DNA of 64,000 nucleotides, taken from the IMG/VR virus record IMGVR_UViG_3300032116_000166, positions 1,383-65,382 of that record; one strand, written 5' to 3'. The stretch comes from a virus (lineage: Duplodnaviria > Caudoviricetes). The position numbers and the translations under genes are program-made. Every line of letters starts with the position of its first letter. Within the stretch, counting starts at the first letter, position 1. Under the pieces are notes generated by a model. That model was given only the letters and a program-made list of their open reading frames with translations, was not told where the DNA came from and made no database searches. Of the stretch, positions 10,201-19,096 are shown one piece after another.

Positions 10201-12074
10201 CAGAACGTAGAACTGCCTTAAATGCAAGAGGTGCAGACTACAGCACATATATAGACGATAGCTTTGGCGAAGTCATATTTGAGCGTGTTGTGCGGCCTCT
10301 AACAGACGCGGAAAAGACAATTGAAGCTGTCAGAATTACTGAAGCTTTAGTTGACGGTGCCGGCGGTTTAGATAAGTTTGTAAGTCAAACACAATTCTTT
10401 GCTGATAACTTCTTAACAGAAGCTGAAAGATTAGCTCCTGTACAAGAAGACTTAATAACAAGAATGGACGAACTGGGCCTAAGTTCTATAGACACAATGG
10501 CAGAGTTCAAGAATCTTGTAAATTCTGTAGACTTGACCACAAAAGAAGGGCGTACTCTATATCAAAACTTAATGGATGTACAGTATGCATTTGCAGCAGT
10601 TCACGGAGAGGCAGAAGAGCTATTACGTTCAAAAGTACTGTCTCAACAAATAGAAGGATTAAAGCTGCTTGGAAGAGACCAAGAAGCACTAACCCTTCAA
10701 AGAAACGAAGAACTTGCAGAGTTGGCAAAGTTCCCACCCGCTCACGCAAAGATATTGATAGCAAATCAAAAGTATTTATACGCACTAGAAGATGAAAAAA
10801 CAATCAAAGAAGAAATAGCCAGAGAACAAGAAAAATTAAATACATTTTTAAACAGAACCAAAGACCAACAGTCAACAATTTTTGGATTGTTGGAGGATAC
10901 AAAAAGTGCTACAGATCTAAAGAGATCAAGAGAACTGCAGGATATTATCAAGAATTTCCCTGCTGATCAAGCAACAATAATAACAGCAAATCAAAACTAT
11001 ATCTATGCTCTAGAAGATGAGCAGGACTTAAAGAAAAAACTGATTGCACAAAGGGACAAAGAAAAAACTGCAATTAAGTCAACTATTGACAGTTTGAAAA
11101 CATCAATAACTACATTAAAAGACTATCGCACAAGTCTGCTTACTGGAAACCTAAGTACACTTACTCCAGAAGAAAGGTACGGACAGACCAGAGCAGAGTT
11201 TATGAGGCTACAAGCAATAGCTCTTGGCCCTGCAGGTACTGAAGCCGAAAAAGCAGCACAGTTAGAAGCAGTAAATAAGTTACCACAAGCAGCAAATAGC
11301 TTCTTAGAAGCCTCTAGAACAATGTTTGCAAGTGGTGCTAACTACACAAGTGACTTTAATTTAGTAACTAGTATAGTAGATAAAGTAACTTCTGGATTGG
11401 AAAATCAAAAAACTAATGCTGAATTACAATTAGACGAGTTAGAAAGGTCTACTAGTTTCTTGGATTCTATAGACACTAATACTGCTACTACTGCTGATTT
11501 GTTAACACAATATTTTGCAGCACAAGGTATTTCTGCAAGATTGGCAACTCCAAATAACGCTGGAGAAGATCTGTACTCAGCTGGAATGGATGCATTAGCA
11601 GCCAGAGGTGCAGCAGCAACGGCTAAGAGTAACGCACTAGCTCAGGGTATAACATTGGTAGAAAATCTACCTTCTGTTACACAAGCTGCTGTTACAGGCA
11701 CTGCTCAGGTAGCCCAATCCGCGGTTACAGGTACTGCGGGAGTAGCCCAGGCTGCTGTTACAGGTACTGCAGAGGTAGCGAATGCGGCAATAAATGGTAT
11801 GTTAAGTGAGGGTCCACAACAGGTAACTGTAACAGATCCAATAACTATAAATGATAACAACATAGTTACCGAACTAAGAACTGCAAATACTAATCTAAAT
11901 AGAGCAGTCACAGAACTAGAAAACTTACGAAGAGATCAACAGCAACAAACTGGAGCAATTATTACAAGCAACGCGCAAGTAGTAAATGCAAATGCTCAAA
12001 CAGTTAGCAATGCTGTAAACGATACGCAGGACTATCAGTATTGGTATAGCAGACAGGTAGTAGGTATGCCTTGA
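4281..12074 (+). CDS. Tail tape measure protein (~2597 aa)
   Basis: The start is the ATG at 4281 after AGGAG; the track start at 4179 lies upstream of the promoter. T5 pb2-like N-terminus (GLGGLVRLYATVAANAFA...ITKLEPELLDELGI); Ala/Gln/Glu/Lys-rich coiled coil with hydrophobic segments. Confidence 0.92.
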   Translation: MADNTSTFVLKVKTEGMDQAQSQSQAIRNNLEGAQRAASGTATGRVARSAAAQPTGRAGASAGVFTGPEVEDYNRASGAAGKAGGTARDFADQARGLGGLVRLYATVAANAFAAAAAFGALSRAMDTSNMVKGLDQLGAASGVALGNLSKRLFLATDGAVSLREAMEATAKASGAGLSSDQILKLGDVAKKASQTLGVNMTDALSRLSRGITKLEPELLDELGIFVKIDDAASKYALSVGKSTSALTDFERRQAFANAVLEQGNKKFGEVNIDINPYTKLAATFQNLTQTILEFVNKGLAPIAKIFADNSVLLGAAFAFIATKVLKMAIPALGEWQTQLVKTAETAKEKAQAINTAFGEAWVDRWENRLKLPELRAGVKEAASELKKMGLASVFDKTAIGEGYNALIKGEALSAKQIAATKLAITSNKEEIMALSRVQTAQSAARTAELQKEIIQLEAIIALEAKRATLSLAETNIGTAAEEQPGFFSGEAQRNRRAKGASTTAIALAELAAIPGQTMEKGFGDAMKNMKANLEKQGVGFVKRWSTLAVGALASATTAIGTFIASITAWIGVFMAVGFAIYGALKYFSATKKESELTSEAITRLDDASKSAQLTLEKLSMSKDPLESLSVQTIQAKANALKELGDSGALAVKRAFDEISKMNAGDQFLNWVSKLWGGDVQTKLSEGLADSIKNSFKLAEDTKLTQEAKKSIEGILGTSIQSANLEQVIKKVAASGDDGKLKQIVKIIESMGNAAAISAAKGTELKESIAKVTTGIQEFNRSIVPTDSLSKIAQDSAVAAQKLGMALADPVQALTAMRDVSGSVDMLSIFPADVAKNLMSYNDELNAVANSVVAAKNATASYDKEIENLNKEIKKLGTSGAGVNTKALVDQYKQQIEAIEAKKLELKAEIDADTGRIKGVFDQAVRSSLILSAEQMAARLAVEMNKAQSVVKGAMAGLLGDTVGGIRMRAELEKRSIDANMEATKQSFALASKMEELKIEMERKRLQDEKFNLQLIKKEVEQRGGSLTTDQSNRLTTISTREAELDKMQAGLRGRGMGQSSVSLANAGASADVVALQQRFEQLRVTLASGAASQEAVKIKAKFEEDRKSFELEQKRFQLSIDTANSEKERAGVLSTIYGIENQSATLAKIAADVRAQDLADEKARNALVFDTDKKAELYLKLLNEQTKSKKALTAEQEKELENFRLALVESGAEVDRFDEALKIRTRMRDINNEILRISSQTAAEQKKQEFEKQRLDTQYELQEITSNSLKQELDSLVSLGRVDQTYAANRIASLSLEAQQIQYNKQLSDIASQKRIQDLQAEDQYRKAIAAGGNEIDAMIEWGAQTAKNNALTQDRIDKLNASNTLAVRSIELTRQGSLETAKQNEEIKRQAELLGLFTGIANTLSEAFGKTGEVLSKFVTTLGDISAGQEKYNTERAKQAKIISDIAAKERESITAEDVAQETEAKKKLGDLDRKRAKDEISDNAKLMGSVKNLFKEKTTAYKVFGALEKALHIARLAMDVKELVSKITTETGRTAAAVTAEGTQTATAGAGFLARAGLYVTEIFAKVSSQLGIFGPPIAAAIVAAIGLSAFGGGKKSAPGGFTAEEQQKVEGTGRTYVDGKLVDREGGDPGDREALADSLSKALETVNQNTFENKIYTNKTLPILQMIERNTRDTAYAVYNRLGPNAEGSLTSTIPTGKTRENYLGSTGSTLAGAGLGVAGGMAVSSMFAGVGGVALMSGTIGAIGAAAATALGGLLLPGLGLLLAKPIGKLVGKIIGGETTQTIEDFGLLVTGTFDQITEGAKGAVQEFANVRTEIDGGWFGKDRVRYSMPTQEAPELIKEYIGNIFEGFRDIIKSTGTSLQKDVSGFLSTFKFPEIKVSSEGKTAEEFARALNAELSVAFNTAAKAAFPELAQFKKSGEEFGETIIRVVNNLETANYAMRLMGRDTITQQVFKKLEGATVTNYKTIPSTPERRTALNARGADYSTYIDDSFGEVIFERVVRPLTDAEKTIEAVRITEALVDGAGGLDKFVSQTQFFADNFLTEAERLAPVQEDLITRMDELGLSSIDTMAEFKNLVNSVDLTTKEGRTLYQNLMDVQYAFAAVHGEAEELLRSKVLSQQIEGLKLLGRDQEALTLQRNEELAELAKFPPAHAKILIANQKYLYALEDEKTIKEEIAREQEKLNTFLNRTKDQQSTIFGLLEDTKSATDLKRSRELQDIIKNFPADQATIITANQNYIYALEDEQDLKKKLIAQRDKEKTAIKSTIDSLKTSITTLKDYRTSLLTGNLSTLTPEERYGQTRAEFMRLQAIALGPAGTEAEKAAQLEAVNKLPQAANSFLEASRTMFASGANYTSDFNLVTSIVDKVTSGLENQKTNAELQLDELERSTSFLDSIDTNTATTADLLTQYFAAQGISARLATPNNAGEDLYSAGMDALAARGAAATAKSNALAQGITLVENLPSVTQAAVTGTAQVAQSAVTGTAGVAQAAVTGTAEVANAAINGMLSEGPQQVTVTDPITINDNNIVTELRTANTNLNRAVTELENLRRDQQQQTGAIITSNAQVVNANAQTVSNAVNDTQDYQYWYSRQVVGMP

Positions 12075-12080
12075 TAGAGT

Positions 12081-12110
12081 AAGCAGCCGGATAACTCCGG
12101 CTGCTTTTTA
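12081..12110 (+). terminator. Rho-independent terminator/attenuator after the tape measure gene
   Basis: AAGCAGCCGGA-taac-TCCGGCTGCTT TTT. Confidence 0.8.
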
Positions 12111-12121
12111 TAGGAGAAATT

Positions 12122-13717
12122 ATGTCTTATAGTCAAACATGGTTAGAAGATCCTTCAGCAATAAGAATGCTGTTGGTAGACGCAACAGCGTACAATGTTG
12201 TAACAAGTCAAGAAGTAAAGTTCTACTTCTCAACAACTGGCTATATGACTAGTGATCGTACATCTTTTCTTCCCGTGATAGTTGGAAGTATGGGGTTTAC
12301 CGAATCTATTTCTGCTGACGATTCAACTTCTATTAGTTTTGGTGACATTGAACTACACAATCTCAACGGTGAATTAGACGACCTACTGGACAGCACAAAG
12401 TATATTTGGAGCAATCGTCCTATAAAAGTATATTATGGAGATCCAGGCTGGAGTTATACACTTGCTCAGATTCCCACAACATTTTTAACGGTGTTTGATG
12501 GCACCATAGACGATATTGATACCAGAACTACACGTACTATTAATTTTAGAGTACGTGATAAACTGGAACGACTTAACGCGCCTATAACAGAAAATAAAAT
12601 TGGCACTTATGGAACTTGGGAAGCCGGTCAGCAAAACAAGGATGCCACTCGACCTCTTGTATTTGGTGAAGTCTTCAACATCTCACCAGTATTAATAGAC
12701 CCCAGTACTCTAGAGTATTGCTTTAGTTCTAGCAATCCTGACAGCACCACAGGATTTGCAAATAATGGAGAAAGTGAAAAACTTTTAGAGATTAGAGATA
12801 ATGGAGTACCTATATTTATTCCTGGAAATGCTAACTATGATGGAGCAACAGTAAATTTAGCAAATAGTACTTTTAAGCTTACAAAAAGCTCTGCTGGCGC
12901 CATAACGTGCTCTGTTCAAGGTGTAAAAAAATCAATACAATTAAGCGGATCAACTGGAACTCTAAGTAATACCTATACAAATAATATACCAAACACTATT
13001 GCTGTAATAGCCACACAGTTTGGCAAAGCCAATAGCCGATTATTAACATCTGAAATAGACTACCCAACTTTTTCTACTTTTAATTCGACAGCAGAAATTG
13101 GCTTATTGGTGTCCGGTACAGAAAATGTACTAACTGTATGCCAAGAACTGGCATCCAGTATTGGTGGTCAATTGATAATGAGCAGAACCGGGCAATTGAG
13201 ACTGATCCAGTTTGGTACTCCTATTTCTGGAGTTGCCAGTGTAAATATAACAGTAGATGATATACTGTTCGACAGTTTGAGTGTTTCTGACAGGCCCGGT
13301 GTAAAAGCAGCTATAAAGTTAGGTTATGCAAGAAACTATACTGTACAAGAGAATTTATTGAGTGCAATACCAAATGAACACAAAGCTCTGTTTGAAGAAG
13401 AGTGGTTTACAACAACTTCAAAAAATGGTCCTGTAGGTGTTACCTACAAACTTGATACAGATCCAGAACAAAAAGATACAGCTTTAATTTCTACTGCAGA
13501 TGCAGAAGCTGAAGCAACAAGATTAATGGGTTATTTTGATGAGCAAAGAGTAGTTTACAAATTTACAGGCAAAAGCAGGTTGCTGAGCCTTGTATTAGGT
13601 CAAAGCGTAGTACTGTATCACCACAGATTTGGGTTAAGCAGTGGAAAAGCAGGACAAGTTATTAGTCTGTCTCCTAACTGGTTGAAAGAACAAGTAGAAG
13701 TTGAGGTAATAGTATAA
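12122..13717 (+). CDS. Tail tip / baseplate hub-like protein
   Basis: 531 aa directly after the tape measure gene; SFGDIELHNLNGELD, VRDKLERLN.P and RPLVFGEVFNISP.LID motifs recalled from siphophage tail-tip proteins; AGGAG RBS. Confidence 0.65.
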   Translation: MSYSQTWLEDPSAIRMLLVDATAYNVVTSQEVKFYFSTTGYMTSDRTSFLPVIVGSMGFTESISADDSTSISFGDIELHNLNGELDDLLDSTKYIWSNRPIKVYYGDPGWSYTLAQIPTTFLTVFDGTIDDIDTRTTRTINFRVRDKLERLNAPITENKIGTYGTWEAGQQNKDATRPLVFGEVFNISPVLIDPSTLEYCFSSSNPDSTTGFANNGESEKLLEIRDNGVPIFIPGNANYDGATVNLANSTFKLTKSSAGAITCSVQGVKKSIQLSGSTGTLSNTYTNNIPNTIAVIATQFGKANSRLLTSEIDYPTFSTFNSTAEIGLLVSGTENVLTVCQELASSIGGQLIMSRTGQLRLIQFGTPISGVASVNITVDDILFDSLSVSDRPGVKAAIKLGYARNYTVQENLLSAIPNEHKALFEEEWFTTTSKNGPVGVTYKLDTDPEQKDTALISTADAEAEATRLMGYFDEQRVVYKFTGKSRLLSLVLGQSVVLYHHRFGLSSGKAGQVISLSPNWLKEQVEVEVIV

Positions 13718-16700
13718 TGGCAACTACAATGCATGCGCGCCAGCTACAGTTAGATGGCAGCTCAGTCAGAATTAATGTGATCTCTGTTTCTCTATCAGCA
13801 AGTATAGCAGGCACAGAGGTACCAAAGAATAAACCGGTAGAATTTTATAAACAATTAGACAACACAACACTACCAGCCTCAATACTATTAACAGCAACAG
13901 CAACCGGCACAGCACAAACTATTAATTACAGCTGGTCTTACGCCACAGATCTTGCGCCTGGTATTTGGATACCAATACCCGGTCAGACAACTAGTACTCT
14001 GTCTGTTACAAACACTAACTTTACAAGCTATTTAGGAACCGCCACAGGTGTTATATTTAAAGTAGAAGCTACTAGATTAGGGTTTATTTCTGGTGTAAGT
14101 TATCTTACAATATATAATAATACTGAACTAACCGAAGTAGTACAGATTTTATTAAGTAATCCAAACGTATTAGTAGGTACTGATGAGTCCAATGTTGCTG
14201 TTACATACGACAACACAGACTGTCAAATAAAAGTTCTAGTAAATGGAAAAGAAATAAACTATGGACTAAGTGGTAATAATACCTTTAGTGTAGGAACTCC
14301 AGTAATATCACCAGCAAATTCTATTGTATTGGGAGCAGCCACTGCTGGGACTAAAACTTATTCTTTTGCTGATATTACCAATATGACTGGAGATATTGTA
14401 ACAGTGGACTTTCCTGTTACAATAAGAAATAATTATGGGAATCCAAGACCTGTAGTAAACGTAACACAAAAGTTTGTAAAAGTAAAGCCTGGCGAAGGTA
14501 ACATATTTGTACTATTAACAAACGATACCCATGCCATACCTTCAAAAGAAGACGGTACAGATCCAACCTTACTGTTCAGCGGCACAGAGATTTCTTTGTA
14601 CCAAGGTGGCACTTTACTAAAGTATGACGGTGTAGGTACTGCAGCGGGTAGATGGAAAATACTGTCAAAAGTAGATACAAATCTAACTAGCGGAGCTGTA
14701 GCCTCAGTAGTAAATGCTGTGGCTGGAGATGATGAGGCAGTTGTTGCAGACCTTCAAAGTTTTTCATTAGTTCAAAACACAGGAAAAATAACATTTACCA
14801 TAGTTGGTAAAACACTAGCCAATGAATCCTTTAGCATAACCAAGACTCAAACCTTTTCAAAGCTAAGGAATGGTGTAACTGCAGTAATATACAAAGTATT
14901 TTCAAGTACAAAAGCAGTTTATAAAAACAGTGCCAGTTTTCAAACAAACGGAGCATTTAATGAAATAGTTGGTGGTGGTAGAAAGTATACTGGAAATACT
15001 GTTATAAACTTTGGTTGGTTGGGAATTACTCCCTATACACGCAATGCTCAAAATCAATTAGTAGCAGGCACTGAATCCAGAGAATTTGTAGGCGGAGGTG
15101 ACGGAGTAGTTTTTAGCCCTGACCCTTCTGATACAACTGAAAAATTTATTGTACGACTGTATGAAACACAAACCAGTACAACAGTACTGGACACAGAAGA
15201 AATACCAGTAATACTTAAAGGTGATATAGGGCTAAGTACTGCACTAGTTTATGCCTACAAGCGCAGTGCTACGGCAGTTACAGATAAACCAGGATCGTTT
15301 ACTTATAATTTTGTAAGCAAAACCATAAGTGTACCCGCAAGTTTAGCCAATGGTTGGCAAAAAACTATCCCCAGCGGTACAGATCCACTCTATGTCACAG
15401 TAGCTAGCGCATCTTCTAACACCGGCACGGACGACGTAGATAATACTGAGTGGAGTGAGCCAGTTATACAAACTCAGACCGGTATTAATACAGCTACTAT
15501 TTATTTGTATGCTAGAAACAACGATACTGTAACTGCTCCCGCATTCACACGACCAGCAGGTGACCTCGCCACTAAAAGTGTATACACTTTTAGTACAGGG
15601 GTAATTTCGGGATTTCCAGTAGGTGTAAATCCCAACTACTGGAGTGATGCTATACCTAGTGAAACATTGGGTAAGGTATTGTGGGTAAGACACGCAACAG
15701 CTGCCAATTCTGGACCAACTGACGATATTTTTGATAGCAATGGCTGGAGCGCCCCACAGATACTTAGCTCTAGTGTTAAATCTCTTATTTTAACAGCTGA
15801 TAAGTACATATTTAATAGAGACAAAAATAATTTAATAATAGCTGGTCAAGTAATAAAATTAACTGCACTCAAACAAAATACATCAAATGGCGTTACTTGG
15901 ACAACTTCTCCAACAACACCACTATTCCTTGCTACTACTGGTGGTACAGCAATTACACAAGGTACTACTACAAGCGATATTGTATACATAAGAGCTGCTG
16001 ACTTTTCTACAAATGCTACTGTAAATATTACTGCGTCTATATCAACAGACAGTTTGTCTGATACCACTATTATAGGCAGTGTTAGAGATGGCGGAAGTGG
16101 TATAACTGTTGAACTTAATAATCCAGTTCATCAGCTACCAACTACAAATACTGGTACTGTTACCTATACCGGCTCTGGTACAACTATAAGAGTACTTGAA
16201 GGTGACGCCTATAGAACTATAACAGCCGTGGTTCCAACCGGCAATAGTATAACAGCAGGCAGTGTAGTTTCAGGACTTAACACTACTACTGTAACAATAG
16301 GTGTTCACAGTAATGCTGCATCCACAACTCCTACTGTAGATTATTCTATTACATTTACAAAGGGAGACGGAACTGCTGGTACCGTAAAAGCCACCCAGAC
16401 CTTAGCTAAAAATATAGAAGGTCCCAGCGCAATAGCTGTCAGGCTTACTAACGACACCCACGTATTTCCAGCAAAAAATGACGGTGAAGTACTAACCTAT
16501 ACTGGAGCAAATACAACTGCTAAAGTATACGTTGGCGGCACAGAAGATACTGGCTGGACTTTTACTAAAGCGGACTCCGCAGGAGTTACTTCTAGTATAA
16601 GTGGTGCCACAGTTACTGTTAGTGCCTTAGCTACTGCTAACGATACGGGCTCTGTAACTATAACTGCTAGTAAGACCGGATTCAGCAGCCAAACAGCAGT

Positions 16701-18810
16701 TTTTAGTTTGGCTAAAAGTAAAACAGGTCTTGCAGGTGTAACACTAAACCTAACCAACGACAGCCATGTATTAAGTGCCAATAATGCAGGTGTTGTTACT
16801 GCAGGAGAATACGCTACTGCTGTTACTACTGCAAAAATATTTTTGGGTGGCACAGAAGATACTGGATGGACTTTTACTAAAGCAGACTCCACAGGTGTCA
16901 CCTCTAGCATAACTGCTGGCACGGTCACCGTTACTGATATGAGTGTCGATACTGGCTTTGTGGACATAACAGCTAGTAAAGCAGGCTATACCAGCCAAGT
17001 AGCTAGATTTAGCGTTAGCAAGAGTAGAACAGGCGGTACAGGTGGTACTGGACCGGCAGCAGTAGCTATTACACTCACTAACGACACACACGTATTTCCA
17101 GCAAAAAATGACGGTGAAGTACTAACCTATACTGGAGCAAATACAACTGCTAAGGTATATGTTGGTGGCACAGAAGACACTGGTTGGACTTTTACTAAAG
17201 CGGACTCCACAGGAGTTACTTCTAGTATAAGTGGTGCCACAGTTACTGTTAGTGCCTTAGCTACTGCTAATGATACGGGTTACGTAAATATTACTGCTAG
17301 CAAATCTGGCTATAGCAATCAAATAGCTACATTTAGCTTGAGTAAGAGTAAAACAGGTCTCGCAGGTATAACACTAAACCTAACAAATGACAGCCATGTG
17401 TTAAGTGCCAACAATTTAGGTGTTGTTACTGCAGGAGAATATGCCACTGCTGTTACTACTGCAAAAGTATTTTTGGGCGGCACAGAAGATACTGGTTGGA
17501 CTTTTACTAAAGCAGACTCCACAGGAGTTACTTCTAGTATAAGTGGTGGCACGGTTACAGTTAGTAATATGAGTGTTGATACGGGTTATGTAGACATAAC
17601 AGCCAGTAAATCTGGTTATACTAACCAAGTAGCAAGATTTAGCGTTAGCAAGAGCAGGACCGGAGGCACTGGCGGTAGCGGTGGTAGTGGTGGTACTGGC
17701 GGTAGTGGCGGTACTGGAGGCACAGGTCCGGCAGCAGTAGCTATAACACTAACTAATGATACACATGTTCTTCCCGCACGTAATAATGGTGAAGTATTGA
17801 CATATGTTGGAGCAAGTACAACTGCTAAAGTATTTGTAGGCCCTACAGAAGATGCCGGCTGGACTTTTACTAAAGCAGATTCTGCAGGCGTCACTTCCAG
17901 TATTAGTGGTGCTACAGTTACTGTAAGTGCTCTAGCAACTGCTAATGATACTGGTTATGTAGATATTACTGCCAGCAAGGCAGGATATAGTAATCAAATA
18001 GCTACATTTAGTCTGGCCAAAAGTAAAACAGGCCTTGCGGGTGTAACATTAAATCTAACAAATGATAGTCATGTATTAAGTGCTGACAGTGTTGGTACTG
18101 TTACTGCCGCAGTGTACGCAACCGCCGTAACCACGGCTCAAGTACTTTTAGGTGGTACAGAGGATACTGGCTGGACGTTTACTAAGGCAGATTCCGCCGG
18201 TGTTACTTCTACAATAAGTGGTGGCACCGTTACCGTTAGTGCAATGAGTGTTGATACTGGTTTTGTAGACATAACAGCCAGTAAAGCAGGCTACACTAAT
18301 CAAATAGCCAGATTTACTATAAGTAAAAGTAGAACTGGTGGTACAGGCGGCAGCGGTGGTACAGGCGGCAGCGGTGGTACAGGCGGCAGCGGTGGTACAG
18401 GCGGCAGCGGTGGTACAGGCGGCAGCGGTGGTACAGGAGGAAATGGAATATCTTCAGTAACCGCGTATAGAATACTAAGTTCTACAAGTTTGCCCGCGGC
18501 TCCGTCTATCGGAATAAACACAGTACCAACTGCAGGGGCACCTACAGATTATACTAATTGGTTTTTGTCTCCAAAAACCGTCTTGGGTACTAATGAGTGG
18601 ATGTTTCAGGTTGTAGGAACATTTAATGGTACTACATATACTTGGACTACAAGTAGTTTTTTAAGTACATTTAGAGTAGGCAAGTTAAGTGCACTAACTG
18701 CAGAAATAGGTGCTTTTGGAAATACAAGTGGCGACAGTGTAAGAATTACAGACACACAAATCATAATTTATGCCAACGGAGTCCCAAGAGTAAAGCTCGG
18801 AGCATTATAA
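13717..18810 (+). CDS. Central tail fibre / J-like tip protein with tandem Ig-like repeats
   Basis: 1697 aa; ~100-aa beta-rich repeats (LTNDTH...GWTFTK); Gly-rich linkers; gpJ-type C-terminus IIIYANGVPRVKLGAL; TAATG coupling. Confidence 0.75.
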   Translation: MATTMHARQLQLDGSSVRINVISVSLSASIAGTEVPKNKPVEFYKQLDNTTLPASILLTATATGTAQTINYSWSYATDLAPGIWIPIPGQTTSTLSVTNTNFTSYLGTATGVIFKVEATRLGFISGVSYLTIYNNTELTEVVQILLSNPNVLVGTDESNVAVTYDNTDCQIKVLVNGKEINYGLSGNNTFSVGTPVISPANSIVLGAATAGTKTYSFADITNMTGDIVTVDFPVTIRNNYGNPRPVVNVTQKFVKVKPGEGNIFVLLTNDTHAIPSKEDGTDPTLLFSGTEISLYQGGTLLKYDGVGTAAGRWKILSKVDTNLTSGAVASVVNAVAGDDEAVVADLQSFSLVQNTGKITFTIVGKTLANESFSITKTQTFSKLRNGVTAVIYKVFSSTKAVYKNSASFQTNGAFNEIVGGGRKYTGNTVINFGWLGITPYTRNAQNQLVAGTESREFVGGGDGVVFSPDPSDTTEKFIVRLYETQTSTTVLDTEEIPVILKGDIGLSTALVYAYKRSATAVTDKPGSFTYNFVSKTISVPASLANGWQKTIPSGTDPLYVTVASASSNTGTDDVDNTEWSEPVIQTQTGINTATIYLYARNNDTVTAPAFTRPAGDLATKSVYTFSTGVISGFPVGVNPNYWSDAIPSETLGKVLWVRHATAANSGPTDDIFDSNGWSAPQILSSSVKSLILTADKYIFNRDKNNLIIAGQVIKLTALKQNTSNGVTWTTSPTTPLFLATTGGTAITQGTTTSDIVYIRAADFSTNATVNITASISTDSLSDTTIIGSVRDGGSGITVELNNPVHQLPTTNTGTVTYTGSGTTIRVLEGDAYRTITAVVPTGNSITAGSVVSGLNTTTVTIGVHSNAASTTPTVDYSITFTKGDGTAGTVKATQTLAKNIEGPSAIAVRLTNDTHVFPAKNDGEVLTYTGANTTAKVYVGGTEDTGWTFTKADSAGVTSSISGATVTVSALATANDTGSVTITASKTGFSSQTAVFSLAKSKTGLAGVTLNLTNDSHVLSANNAGVVTAGEYATAVTTAKIFLGGTEDTGWTFTKADSTGVTSSITAGTVTVTDMSVDTGFVDITASKAGYTSQVARFSVSKSRTGGTGGTGPAAVAITLTNDTHVFPAKNDGEVLTYTGANTTAKVYVGGTEDTGWTFTKADSTGVTSSISGATVTVSALATANDTGYVNITASKSGYSNQIATFSLSKSKTGLAGITLNLTNDSHVLSANNLGVVTAGEYATAVTTAKVFLGGTEDTGWTFTKADSTGVTSSISGGTVTVSNMSVDTGYVDITASKSGYTNQVARFSVSKSRTGGTGGSGGSGGTGGSGGTGGTGPAAVAITLTNDTHVLPARNNGEVLTYVGASTTAKVFVGPTEDAGWTFTKADSAGVTSSISGATVTVSALATANDTGYVDITASKAGYSNQIATFSLAKSKTGLAGVTLNLTNDSHVLSADSVGTVTAAVYATAVTTAQVLLGGTEDTGWTFTKADSAGVTSTISGGTVTVSAMSVDTGFVDITASKAGYTNQIARFTISKSRTGGTGGSGGTGGSGGTGGSGGTGGSGGTGGSGGTGGNGISSVTAYRILSSTSLPAAPSIGINTVPTAGAPTDYTNWFLSPKTVLGTNEWMFQVVGTFNGTTYTWTTSSFLSTFRVGKLSALTAEIGAFGNTSGDSVRITDTQIIIYANGVPRVKLGAL
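18338..18436 (+). repeat. Perfect 18-bp tandem repeat (GGTGGTACAGGCGGCAGC)x5.5 encoding (GGTGGS)n
   Basis: Directly visible; in-frame inside the 1697-aa gene. Confidence 0.95.
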
Positions 18811-18825
18811 TATAGGAGTAATTAA

Positions 18826-19095
18826 ATGCCTTATGGATTTCAGACACTGCACACAGATGGCACAACAGTGTTATTAGAGATAAGTGACAGAACAATCAGA
18901 TTGAAATCTGTGACAAATATAACAGTACCAACTTCTGGTACTACAACTGTTTCAGTATCAAGTACTTCTAATACAGGAAATGCTATAGCTGTAACAGAAA
19001 ATGGAGCAGTTGCACAGGTTACTTCAACTGGTGTAGTTACTGTGTACGGCGGCGGAGTGTCTGGAAACACAAACCTAAGAGTTTACGAGTACTAA
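18826..19095 (+). CDS. Small tail-tip accessory protein (MPYG-type)
   Basis: 89 aa with an MPYGFQ...DG N-terminus typical of small genes following J-like tip proteins; AGGAG RBS. Confidence 0.6.
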   Translation: MPYGFQTLHTDGTTVLLEISDRTIRLKSVTNITVPTSGTTTVSVSSTSNTGNAIAVTENGAVAQVTSTGVVTVYGGGVSGNTNLRVYEY

Positions 19096-19096
19096 T

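Noticed and set aside
18338-18436. Tandem repeats as a CRISPR array
   Set aside because: No spacers; the unit is a multiple of 3 and in-frame, encoding a Gly linker; no cas genes.
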